Below are positions 26,627 through 38,671 of a DNA stretch of 64,000 nt, one piece after another. Position 1 is the first letter of the stretch; each line of letters starts with the position of its first letter. Made by a program: the position numbers and the translations under genes. The DNA comes from Vicugna vicugna (taxonomy: Eukaryota): the NCBI GenBank assembly GCA_013265495.1, contig MU058213.1:62001-126000 (forward strand), read 5' to 3'. Under the pieces are notes generated by a model that was given only the letters and a program-made list of their open reading frames with translations, was not told the origin of the DNA and ran no database searches.

Positions 26627-27210
26627 TGATCAATATAAAAAAATCTGGCTATTACTAATAAAGCAATAAAAAATAAAATGGTATGGTACTTCCTTCCATC
26701 AACTTGGTAAGAGTTTTTGTTTTGTTTTTAGGGAATACAGGAGCAGACGACTTGGGGAAAGTTTGGATGTGTTGAGTTTGAAGTCCCTGTGGGCATCCAT
26801 GTGGAGCCACACCATTGGTAGTTGGCCCTGTGGGTCAAGAGCTCAGAAGAGAGGCCTCGGCTACAGACACAGTTTGGGAGTCATCCATGGTAAGTGGTGG
26901 CCAGAAGCTCTGTAAGTCAGTGAAACCACCATGAGAGAGTCTACAGAGAGAGACTGTAAGGCAAAACCTAAGAGAATACTGGCAATCGAGGTGAAAAGAG
27001 GTTGAAGAGCAGATGAAGGAGGCTGAGAAGGGATGGTCAGAGAAACGAGAGGAAAACTATAGGAAAGTAATGTCATGGAAGCCAAGGGAGGAAGGAGTGT
27101 CAAGGAGGAGGGAGTGATGAAGAGCACCGAAGGTTGCAGAGAGACAAAACAAGACTGACTTTTAGCTGAGAAGTATTCCTTGTATTTAGCAAGCAAGTTA
27201 TCAGTGACTT
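26131..27210 (-). mobile_element. L2 fragments (interrupted by a CA repeat)
   Basis: TTTTAAGCAAGGAAGTGACGTGATCAGATTTG; GATGTGTTGAGTTTGAAGTCCCTGTGGGCATCCA; GTCATGGAAGCCAAGGGAG. Confidence 0.7.
26592..26624. repeat. (AC)n microsatellite
   Basis: About 16 perfect units. Confidence 0.95.
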
Positions 27211-27214
27211 GTTC

Positions 27215-28200
27215 TTTTATTTTTTTAACCCAATATTTATTACTTATTTCATCCCTCCCCCCATTTCCTTTGTACTGATTAGTTAGCTCAAGTTGCTATT
27301 CAATTCTTTTATTTTCCTTGTTAATTTGGGAGCTCTACTCTTCTACCAGCTGCTTCCTCTTTTTTGTCACACATAGTCGGACCCATACTTTCCTTTCGTT
27401 ATATGAAGTGTCCAACTGTTTCCTCCAGATTCTCTATTCTCCTGCTGTTCCTCCTCTGCAGGATGAAATCTTTAGAATGCTTTCACTTCCCACTCTCACA
27501 CAGCAACATGAGACCTGTGGAAAACTTCTACTTCCCCTCTTTCTTCTTAGTACTTTTAGTTCCAGGCTATTATTAACATTTCCCCTTGAAATATGTCTCT
27601 TCTATTTTGAGCACTACTATTACACATTCCTAAATGGTCTGTGATTATCCATCCAAATGTAACTAATTATACATTGTACAGATCCTTGCTTATCACTATT
27701 TTTTTTTCTTTTCATCCTTCCTCCATCCTGAAGACTTTAAGCTGATTCATCCGTTGTTTGGTTAGAGCTTTTCTTAACATCTTTTTCTCTGATGAAAGAT
27801 GTGAATAACATGTCCTCTGAATCCTTGCATATTCTCAAATATATTTCTATCACTCTAACAGGGGAGTAAGATCTTGCTACAGAATTCTTGGTACACAGTA
27901 TTTTTTTTCTGGTAATCTTCACATAATTCATTTCAGTCTTCTCTGCTTCAAGTGTTATAGAAGAGAAAGTTGATGCCCCCATGACACTTTTTTCTCTGTA
28001 AGTAACTTGTACTTTCTTTCTGGAAGATTATAAGATTTTCTTTTTTGTCCTTAGACTTCAGGAATTTACCAAGCTATGACTCATTTGTCTTGCCCAGAAC
28101 TCGCTGAAACCATCCAATCAGCAGACTCAGGCCTTTTATTTAGCTTGTAATTTTACTTCCTGTTATTTAAGTACTACTTCTTTTTCATCTACTTAATTTG
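27215..28200 (-). mobile_element. Highly diverged L1M/HAL1 ORF1-region fragment
   Basis: T-rich antisense ORF1-type motifs (TCCTCTGAATCCTTGCATATT, GAGAAAGTTGATGCC, GGAATTTACCAAG). Confidence 0.5.
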
Positions 28201-28724
28201 TCTGCAGATCTTATGCTCTGGTTTCAGAAAGTCTTTTTGTGCTCTACTGAAATCAGATTTACATCCTAATCTTATTAGTTTTCAAGTTAACACTGTTCTG
28301 TCTTGGCTTGGTTTCATGCAAACCACTTCTAAGTGTATTGCTGGATGCCTTAGATATTATGGTAGTTTTCTCCTTTGTCTGCTCCCTGGGCTTAGTGCCA
28401 GCCACTAGGGTGCCTTAACAGGGAGTAGACCCACAAGTGGTGGGTATTAGTCCCCTTATCAAGGCCCCAGGAAGAGGACTCTCATTTCCCAGTTTTCTCA
28501 CATCTCCTAGTCTCAGGAATAGAGATAATATAAACTCAGCGCACCCGTACGATTCCTCTCCCTGTCATCCAGCCAGGTCCTGTAGCCAAGATACCTACTA
28601 GAGCCAGAAACTGGTGACTTCTTACGATCATAGAAGAAGAGGCAGTTTAGAGATCAGATGCTTACACGCCTAGCTTTAAGAAAGCAGCATAATTCCATTC
28701 GGTAAGTCATCTCAAAGTGATAGC

Positions 28725-31700
28725 AGCAAGCTGGCAGAGTAGAAAGACCTGGGCCCTCCTTCTCTCTACAAACATACCAGTTCGGCAAGGATTCATGGGA
28801 AAATGCCCTCAGTGAGAAATCCAGAAACCAACTAAACATCTCATGCACCCCAGGCAAACATTAAGTCAGACTTGCTGAACCTAATAGGGAAAGTCAGGAC
28901 ACCCTTTGGCCAAAAGTGTTACCCCCAGCACAGCTCCGATGATCAAGAAGAGTAACACAAGCTCCCAGTTTCTCCCAGGGAAGAAAAGAGTTGTTTCACT
29001 TGTCCAGTACCCCAACTTTTCTGAGGGGGCTTCCCAAAGAACTAGCTCTGTCCTGCCAGTCTTGGAGCTCTGATGGGTCTAGCGCAGTCTAGCCACATAG
29101 GGGAGAACAGAGACAGCAGTGTGAACTGGTAAATACTGTGGCTTCTCCCCTCTACTCAGCACAGAGTGAACAGACAAAAACCATTGCTGCCTGCTTCTTG
29201 ACAAGGGAGAGGGTTGACTCAGGCTTCCAACACCACTACTTTGTGTGTGTGGGGTGTCCTTAAAGGACTGGCTTCTGCCTTGCTTGTCTTGGAATGCTGA
29301 TATGATCTGGCAAAATCTATCCACCTTGGGGCTAGTGAGAACAGAGACAGAAGTTTGGGCTGGGAGTCACCACAGTGACTCTTTCATGGTTCAGCACAGA
29401 TCAAGTAGATTAAAAAAGAGAAAAACAGTTCCTAGATTCTCCCTGAGGATGGGAAAAGTTGGAAAGAGTGTCCAATGACCCTGGGGACTGCAAAAAAGAA
29501 AGGAAGTGGGTCGGGTTAGCATGAAAGACTGAGAGGTCTTCAGAATAGCTAACCAGGCTGATTGGTGGGGGTCTTCTCCTGTACAAGGCCAATCTGTGAA
29601 GACTGGGAGAGGGGGCTGCTTTGCTGAATGTACAGACGCTAACACAGAGAGTCAAGGAAAATAAAAAATCAGGAGAAGATGTGCTAAACAAAAAAAAACA
29701 AGATAAATCTTCAGAAAACTACCCTAATGAAATGGAGTTATATGATCTACATGACAGAGAATTCAAAATAACTGTCATGAAGATGCTCACTGGGATCAAG
29801 AGAACCATGAATGAACAAAATGATAATTTCAACAAAGAGAAAATATAAAAAAGGACCAAACAGAAATCATGGAGCTGAAGAACATAAAACTGAAAAATTT
29901 TCTAGAGTTCAACAACTGACTAGATTAAACAGAAGCAAGGATCAGTGAACTCAAAGACAAGTCATTGAAAATAATTCAGTCAGTGGGGCAGAAGGAATGA
30001 GAAAGAATGAAAAAAAGTGTAGACAGCTTTAGGGACTTGTGGGACATTATTGAGTAGACCAATATATTTATTGTGAGAATCCCAGAAAGAGAAAAGAGAG
30101 GACAAGAAAGCTTATTCAAAGAAATAATGGCTGAACACTTCTCAAATATGGGGAACAAAATGGACATGCAGACCTAAGAAGCCCAAAGAACACCAAATAA
30201 GATGAACCACAAAAAAATCCACACTGAAACATATTATAATCAAATTGTCAAAAATCAAAGACAGAATTTTGAAAGCAGCAAGAGAAAAGCAACTTGTCAC
30301 ATACAAGGAAGCTACCATAAAACAATTGGTGATTTCTCAGCAGAAACATTGCAGGCCAGAAGGGATGGTATGATATATTCAAAGTGCTCAGAGGGAAAAA
30401 CTGCCAACCAAAAATGCTGCAGCTGAGAAAACTGTCCTTCTAAAATGAAGGAAAGATAAAGAATTTCCAGACAAACAAAAGCTGGGGGAGTTCATCACCA
30501 CTAGACCACCTCACAAGAAATGCTAAAGGGAGTTCTACAAGTTGAAATAAAAAGTGCACTAAATAGCAACATAATAGCATAAGAAAGCATGAACATTTTG
30601 GTAAAGGTAAATATATATGCAAATGTAGAATTCTGTATTACTGGAATGGTGGTGGGTAAATCATTTTTAATCCTCACATAGATGTTAAAAGACAAAAGTA
30701 TTGAAAATAAGTATAACTAAAATATGTTAAAAGATACACAATATGAATAGACATTGTGACAAGAGTAACAAGTTTGGGGAGCAGGAGAAGTTAAAGTGTA
30801 GAGTTTCTGTACGTGATTGAATTTAAGTTATCAGCTTAAAACAGACTTATAACTATGAGATGTTTCATGTAAGTCCCAAGGTAACCAGAGACACAAAAAA
30901 TACCTAAAGAAGTTATACAAAAGAAAAGGAAAAAGGAGTCAAGGCATATCAATACCAAAAAAAAATAAGAATAATTAACAAAATACAAAGTAAGAGAGCA
31001 AGAGAGGCAGAGACGGACAAAAGAAAACACTTAACAAAATGGCCATAGTAAATCCTTCCCTACAAATAATTACTTTAAACGTAAATGGATTAACTCCTCA
31101 ATCAAAAGACATAGAATAGCTAGATGAATAAGAAAACAAGACCAAACTATATGCATTCTACAAGAAACTCAGCTTAGATTTAAGGACATACATAATGTGA
31201 AAGTAAAGAGGTTGAAAAAAATATTTCATGCAAATGGTAACCAAAAGAGAGCAGAGGTGGCTATGCTTAATATCAGACAAAATAAACTTTAAGGCAAAAA
31301 GTGTTACAAGAGACAAAGAAGGATTTTATATGAAGATAAAAGGGTCATTCTACCAGAAAGATGTAAGAATATATATACATATATATGCACCCAACATCAG
31401 AGCACTTCAACATATAAGTAAACATCAACAGAACTGAAGGAAGAAATAGACAGCAATAGGATAATTAGTAGACTATTTCAATACCCCACTTTCAATAATG
31501 GATAAGACATTCAGACAGAAGATTGATAAGAAAACTTGGGGCGTGAACAACACAATAGACAAAATGAACCTAACAGACACAGAACATTCTGCCTAACAGC
31601 AGCAGAACACACATTCTTCTCAAGTACACATGGAACTTTCTCCAGAGCAGACCACTTATTAGCTCACAAAACAAGTCTTAACAAATTTCAGATTGAAATC

Positions 31701-34700
31701 ATACCAGTTACCTTTTCTGACCACAATGGAATGAAACTTTTTCAAATCAATACCAGAAGGGAAACTGGAAAATTCACAAATGTGTGCAGATTAAACAACA
31801 CACTCTTGAACAACAATTAGCCCAAAAAAGAAATCAAAACTGAAATTAGAAAAATACCTCAAGACCAACAAAACCAAAAACACAACATATCAAAACATAT
31901 GCAAAAGCAGTACTAAGAGGGAAGTTTATTGAAATAAATGCCTACACTAAAAATGAGGAAAGATCTCAAATAAACAACCTAACTTTACACCTCAAGAAAA
32001 AGAAAAAACAAACGAAAGCCAAAGTTAGCAAAAGAATGAAAATAACAAAGATTAGAAAGAAATTAAATGGGATATATAAATCAATAGGAAAAAAATGAAA
32101 CTGAAAGTTGTTTCTTTGAAAAGATAAAATTGATAAACCTTAGCTAGACTAAGGAAAAAAAGGAAGAAGACTCAAATAATTAAAAATAATAATGAAAGAG
32201 GAGACATTACCACCAAGCCATAGAAGTAAAAGGATCATAAAAGATTCATAATAAGACTCATCATAAAAGATGCAAACAATCGTACACGAGCAAATTGGAT
32301 GACCTAGAAGAAATTGTAAGTTTCCATAAACATACAATCTATCAAGACTGAATCATGAGGATATAGAAAATAGGAACAGACCTGCAACTAGTATAGAGAT
32401 TGAATTAATAATCAAAAACCTCCCAACAAAGAAAAGCCTAGGACCAGATAACTTTACTGGTAATTCTGTCAAACATTTAAAGTAGTATTAATGCCAGTCT
32501 TTCTCAAACTCTTCAAAAAGATTGAAAAGAAAGGAACACTTCCATACTCAATTTATAAGGCCAGCATTACCCTGATACTAAAGGCAGCCAAAGATCACAA
32601 AAAACAAAAACAAAAAACTGCAGGCCAATATCTCTGGTAAATACACATGCAAAAGTTCTCAACAAAAAATTCTAGCAAACTGAATCCAACAGCACATTAA
32701 AAGATTCATACACCATGACCTAGTAGAATTTATCTCTGGGTTGCAAAGATGTTTCAGCGTATGAAAATCAATTAATGTGATCAACCACGTTAACAGAATA
32801 AAGGACAAAAATCGCATGATTGTTGCAATAGATGCCAAAAAATGTTCGACACATTTAACATTCTTTTATGATAAAACCTCTCAACAAATTAGGAATAGCA
32901 TAAAAGTACCTCAGCATAACAAAGACCATATGAGATGCCTACAACTAACATCATGCTCAATGATGAAGAACTGAAGCTTTTCCTCTAAGATCAGGAATAA
33001 AGCAAGGATGCCTACTTTCATCACTTTTACTCGACATAGTACTGGAAGTCCTAGCCAGAACAAATAAGTAAGAAAAGAAATAAAAGGCATCCAAATTAGA
33101 AAGTAAGATGTAAAATTGTCCTTGTTTACAGACAACATGATCTTATAAATGGAGGACCCTAAAGATTCTGTAAAAACTGTTAGAACCAATAAACAAGTCA
33201 GTAAAGTTACAAGATACAAAATCAATATACAAAAATCAGTTGTGTTTCTATACACTAACAACAAACTATCTGAAAAAGAAATTAGAAAAAGTCCCTTCAC
33301 AATAGCACCCAAAAGAATAAAATACTTATGAATAAATTTAACTAAAAAAGTAAAGAGACTTCTATACTGAAAACTACAAAACATTGCTGAAAGAAATCAA
33401 AGAAAATATACACAAATGGAAAGACAATTTGTGGCCATGGATTAGAACACTTAATATTGTTAAAATGTCCATACTACCCAAAGTTGTCTACAGATTCCAT
33501 CCCTATCAAATCCCTATCAAAATCCCAATGGCAATTTTTGCAGAAATAGGAAAAATAATTCTAAAATTCATATGAATCAACAAAAGACATGAATAACCAA
33601 ATCAATCTAGAGAAATAGGAACAAAGCTGGAGGCATCACATTTCCTCCATATATTTCAACATATATTACAAGGCTATAGTAATCAAAAGAGTATAGGATT
33701 GGCATAAAAACAGACATATAGACATGGATCAGAATAGAGAACCCAGAAAAAAATTCATGCATACACAATCAACTGGTCTTTGACAAGGGTGCTGAGAATG
33801 CACAACAGGAAAAGAATAGTCTCTTCAATACATGGTGCTGAGAAAACTGGGTATGAATATAAATAGGAATGAAATTGGACCGTTAGCCTATACTCTATAT
33901 ACAAAAATCAGCTCAAAATGGATTAAAGACTTAAATATAAGACCTGGAACTGTAACTCCTAGAAGAAAACATAGTGGAAAATCTTCATAACATTGGTCTT
34001 GGTAATGGCTTCATGGATCTAACACAAAAAGCACAGGCAACAGAAGCAAAAATAGGCAAGCAAGGCTGCATCAAACTAAAAAGCATCTCTGCACAGCAGA
34101 GGAAACAGCATACTAAAAGGCAACATATGGCATGGGAGAAAAGATTTGCAAACATATATCTGATAAGTGGTTAATCTCCAAAATATATAAGGAACTCCTA
34201 CAACTCAATAGCACAAAAAATAATAATCCAATTAAAGAAATGGACTAAGGAAGGACTTGAATAGATATTTCTCCAAAGAATACATACAAATGGTCAACCT
34301 TTGTTGTATATGGCCAATAGGGATATGAAAAAATGCTCATCACTAATCATCATGAAAATACAAATCTAAACCATAATGAGATACCACTAGATAGAATGGC
34401 TATTACAAGAAACCAGAATTCAACAGTGATAGTAGGATGTTGAGAAAATTGAACCTTTTGTACACTGTTGGTAGGACTGTAAAATGGTTCAGCTTACATG
34501 AGAAACAGTATGAAGTTTCCTCAAAAAGTTAAAAATACAACTGTCAAATGATCCAGCAATCCCACTTTTGGGTATTTATCCGAAGAATTAAAATCAGGAT
34601 CTCAAGGAGTTTTCTGTACTCCCATGTTCACTGTAGCGCTATTCACAATAGCTAAGATGTGGAAACAACCTAAGTGTCCATCAACAAATGAGTGGATAAA

Positions 34701-35110
34701 GAAAATGTGTTATATGCATACAATGCAACATCATACAGCCTTAAAAGAGAAAGAAATTCTGCAATATGAGACGACATGGATGAAACTTGAGGACGTTATG
34801 CTAAGTGAAAAAAAGGTGGTCATGGAAGATAAATACTGCATGATTTCACTTATGTGAGGTACCTAAAATAGCCAAATTCATAGAATCAAAGAGTGGAATG
34901 GAAGCCAGGGCCTGGGAGGAAGAGGGCATGGAAAGCTACTAATCAAAAGACATAATATTTTCATTAAGCAAGAAGAATACAACCTAGAGGTCTGCTGTGC
35001 AACACTGTACTAATAGTCAACAATACTGTATCTCATACTTTTAAAAAAAGTAATGTAAGTAGATCTCACGTTAAGTGTTTTTACCACAATAAAATAAAAT
35101 ATTTTAAAAA
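28725..35110 (+). mobile_element. Near-full-length decayed LINE-1 (L1MA9/L1MA10-like 3' end)
   Basis: 5'UTR from about 28725; ORF1 remnants about 29650-30560 (DREFKITVMKML, DFSAETLQARR); spacer; ORF2 from ATG 31039 to about 34857 in many frameshifted fragments ([41 protein letters not shown]); 3'UTR ending AATAAAATAAAA near 35100. Confidence 0.93.
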
Positions 35111-36284
35111 GAAAGAAGGTAAAGTGACACACAAGAATAATTCATTCCTAATTGTTTTGTTAGATTGTGGGAAAAAACGAAAGAAAGAAAGAGGGAAAAA
35201 AGAAAGGGATAGGAGAGATACAGCCCAGTATCACAGCTATGCACATTTTAAAAAAACAAAAAAAAAAGAATAATAAGAAGAAATCATCTCAGTCAGGGTC
35301 TGTAGTCTGACCTGCACTCCCCCTGACTGGGGGCAGTCCTCCAGTGCCTGGCTTCAGTTCCCTGGCTCTGTAGATGGAGCGCCATCTTCTCCAGACTTGA
35401 TATTGGCAGGAATCCCTTTTGGTCCCTCCCACTTAGCCTCTGGAGAGATGAAGCATATTTAGTTTAGCTTGTCACTTTGGCTTCTGACTCCAGGAATGAA
35501 AGGTCTTGGGCTCTCAGATCCCTAGTTCACCTTCCTTTCAGGTTCGCTATTCATCTCTGAGATGCAGAGATGACGGTTCCGCTACCTAGTCTCCAGGAAA
35601 TCATCCTCTGACATCATTGCTGTCTGTGAACCCTCCATAAAATGCTAGACTGGGGACTGGCTTCCTCTCCCTTGTGAAGCTCACACATTCTAGCATTCAG
35701 TGCTTGCCCCGCCTTTGTTTTTAAGCCTTGGAGCCAAGTGCCGCTCTAAGCCCTTTTCCATTTCATCAAACTGAATCCTTTCCCTGCCTTATTTTTCCAC
35801 TTTCTGTCTATCATCTTGAGCATTCCTGATTAGCCCAAGATACGGGCCAAGAAGGCTCCCACATTCGATAAGAGTAAGTACTGGGGAGGATTCAACAGGA
35901 TGATCTTGGATAAGTCCCTTACCCTACCTGAGCCTCGCTCTTCCATCTGTGAAAGGGTTGTAAGACTCACCCTGCTGACTTCACAGGCTTATTAGGGAGC
36001 TCAAAGGACATGAGAAAATACTTTGAAAACCAAAGTGCTCTGCACATGTGAAGCTTTGTTTTGTCCTTTCCAAAACAGCGGTTCAAGTTTCTTAAGTGGG
36101 CTTTGCAGTATTAACTTACTTCGATGGATTTAGCCATTTCAAAACCACTCGTGGAGCTTCTCTTCATATTTTCCTTCAGCTTTTCAAAACAATCGCTTTT
36201 TTATTTACTGAAAGGCCATATAACTCCAGGTGAATAAAAAAAAAAGACCTCTCTACCGTCTGACAAGGCTATAATTTAAAGTCT

Positions 36285-36715
36285 ACTGCTGGAATTTGCA
36301 GATCTGTCTCTGATACTCATCAGCTGGTGGACGCAGGAGACGTGGAGACGTGCCCGTGTCCCGCGTCAGGGAAGGACGTGCTGCAGGGAGGGAGGTCAAG
36401 GTGTGCCTTGGCTTCAAGAGCTGCCTGGCGCAAGGCCTCACGCTCTCTGGGGCAGCCCACACCTGCCCCATGACTGAGAGACAGTAGGGCGAAAGCCCAG
36501 TCGTTCTGGCCTGACTTGGGACACTGATGGGCAATACTCAGTCCAGAGCTTCCCAGCGGGAGGGCCCAGGCTTGGCAGGACCACACCGAGTTGAACCTCT
36601 TCTTCTGCCCAATCCTGCTTCCTCTCGCTGTCCTTCACAGGTGCTGATCCCTAATCAATATCTTGCACTTCAGATTCCATCTCAGCATCTTTCCCAGGCA
36701 GCCCAACCTGTGACA
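36285..36715 (+). mobile_element. ERVL solo LTR (LTR16-like)
   Basis: 3' end CTGCCCAATCCTGCTTCCT...CACAGGTGCTGATCCCTAATCAATATCTTGCAC...CCCAACCTGTGACA typical of the LTR16 family. 5' boundary approximate. Confidence 0.7.
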
Positions 36716-37389
36716 GTTGGCTACTATGTACTAAAAAGGGCAGGATAGGGTCGGGTAGGGAGGGGTATGTTTACAGCAAACAAAGGAGACAAAGAAAGCA
36801 CAGCAAAGGTAGAGGGGAAATTTGAAATCGCATTTCTGTACAACCTCAGACAGCTCCATGTCTGCTGGATTAGGGTGCTGAATGATCTGAGAAATTATAA
36901 CTATGATAGGTGGAAATCTCTTGCTACCTGCTCAACTTAGACCAAAATCTCATAAGGAAAGCAATATCATCTAGTCTTATTCTCAGCCCTAGAGATAACC
37001 TGATTTGGTCTCTCAGCCTGAAGCACCAAAGGCTGACTTCTCAGAAAATACAAATATCTGCTGGCTATTATACAAAAACCCAAGCTGGTATCAAGATTAG
37101 CCAAATCATCTAAATGTTGGTCACGAGTCTATTTTTCAACTCCCTTTAAATGTGCAGTGAAAGAGAAAGTGGCATTTTTCTAGAACTCAGTATTTTCTTA
37201 TTTCATTTGGAAAGGTGAGTCTAAAGGCTGAGATTTAGCCTGGTGGAGGTCAAAGATCATATACAATTTCTGTAGTGACAGGAGCCACTGCGAATCCTGC
37301 AATAAAAGGTAATCTTTGAAAATGAAATCTATCATCTATCGTCCACCAACCCAACTTGAGTATGCATGCGTGGACACACACACACACCT

Positions 37390-37990
37390 ACTTAAAATGC
37401 TCACTGGCTTCCTAGTCCTCTTACAGTAAAGACCCCAGCCCTATGAGGTCCCACCCACAGAGTCTGGGTCTCCAGTCTCATTTCACTCCCTTCCCTCCTT
37501 GCTTACAGTCCTTTCTATGCTGCAGCCACACTTGCCTTCTTCTGGTTCCTCAAATTAACCATGGTACGTCCTGCCTTAGGGCCTCACACTTGCTATCCCC
37601 TCTGCCTGCAGTTCTCCACCCACACTGTCATCTAGTTAATGACCACTCATCTTCAGATTCCAACTCAAACACCAGCAGTTCCTCTGGGAAGCCTTCCCTG
37701 ATCCCACACTCCATATCTAGGACAGGTTCCTCAGTGATATAGTCTCACAGAATCACATTCTTTTTTTTTTTTCTCTTTTTTTAGGGGCCTATCTCACTGT
37801 CTCATTTCGAATTATACCCTCACATCTGTGACTACTTAGTTAATCTCTGTCTCCTGACTTAGACTGTAGGCTTCATGAAGGCAGGAATGGTGTCTGGTTT
37901 TGCTCTCCATCTTATTCCTAGCCCCTCACACAGTTCCTGGCAGATAGTAAGCACCCAGTCTGTTGAATAAATGGATGGATGGATGGATGG
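37390..37990 (+). mobile_element. L2 fragment
   Basis: CCTCTGGGAAGCCTTCCCTG, AGACTGTAGGCTTCATGAAGGCAGG, ending TGTTGAATAAATGGATGG. Confidence 0.75.
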
Positions 37991-38513
37991 GCAAGGAAAA
38001 TGAGAGAATTTCTAATTTTGGTCCGGTGACTTGAAGTTTCTTGGAGTTAAAATGTAGAAATGGGGAGTTAAACCTGGAAGCAGTTGGGCAGATATACGTG
38101 CTGGCAATTAGTAGAGAAACTTTCTCCTTAACCAGTGGCAAAGGGGAAGGGCAGGGGTGGAGAGGCAGCAAAGCATCATCAAAAGTCACAGCATAGCTGC
38201 CAACCTTTGGACCAAAATACCCAAGTTCCAGGCCTTAGAGTAAATGAAAATTATTCACTTCACAGTCAGGTGGAAATGCCATGGAATTAAAGTTGGAGTA
38301 TATTCTTGAATTAGATTTTATTCTCCAGGGCCCTAAAGTTAACCAGCTGGAATCATTTTTTAAGGACCATCCTATTTAACCTTTGGAGATGAAGCATCTG
38401 CGTTTTAATGGAAAAACCTACCTCTCATTGTGAAGATAGCACATGCTGTTCTTGTCTTCTTTGGCCTCCAGAAAAGAAAACTCAGATATCTCCCTATGTC
38501 CTCATTGTATCTT

Positions 38514-38671
38514 TTTAAAAATACTTTATTTATTTATTATTGTATTATTAATTATTTAAAAAAAGTTTTGGTGGTGGGAAGGGAGGAGGTAATTAGGTTT
38601 ATTTATTTTTAGAGGAGATACTGAGGATTAAACCCAGGACCTTGCTACCACTTGAGCTATACCCTCTACCC
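38514..38671 (-). mobile_element. tRNA-derived camelid SINE (Vic-1-like) with internal deletion
   Basis: Minus strand GGGGTAGAGGGTATAGCTCAAGTGGTAG-CAAGGTCCTGGGTTTAATCCTCAGTATCTCCTCTAAAAATAAATAAACCTAATTACCTCC with A/B-box remnants and an AT-rich tail. Imperfect TSD CTCATTGTATCTT (38501-38513) / CACACTGTATCTT (38672-38684). Confidence 0.85.

Noticed and set aside
32911..33384. 157-aa hydrophobic minus-strand ORF
   Set aside because: Antisense reading of the old L1 ORF2 RT region.
38600..38671. tRNA gene
   Set aside because: A/B boxes are present but the anticodon arm is missing, and it has a SINE tail and TSD.
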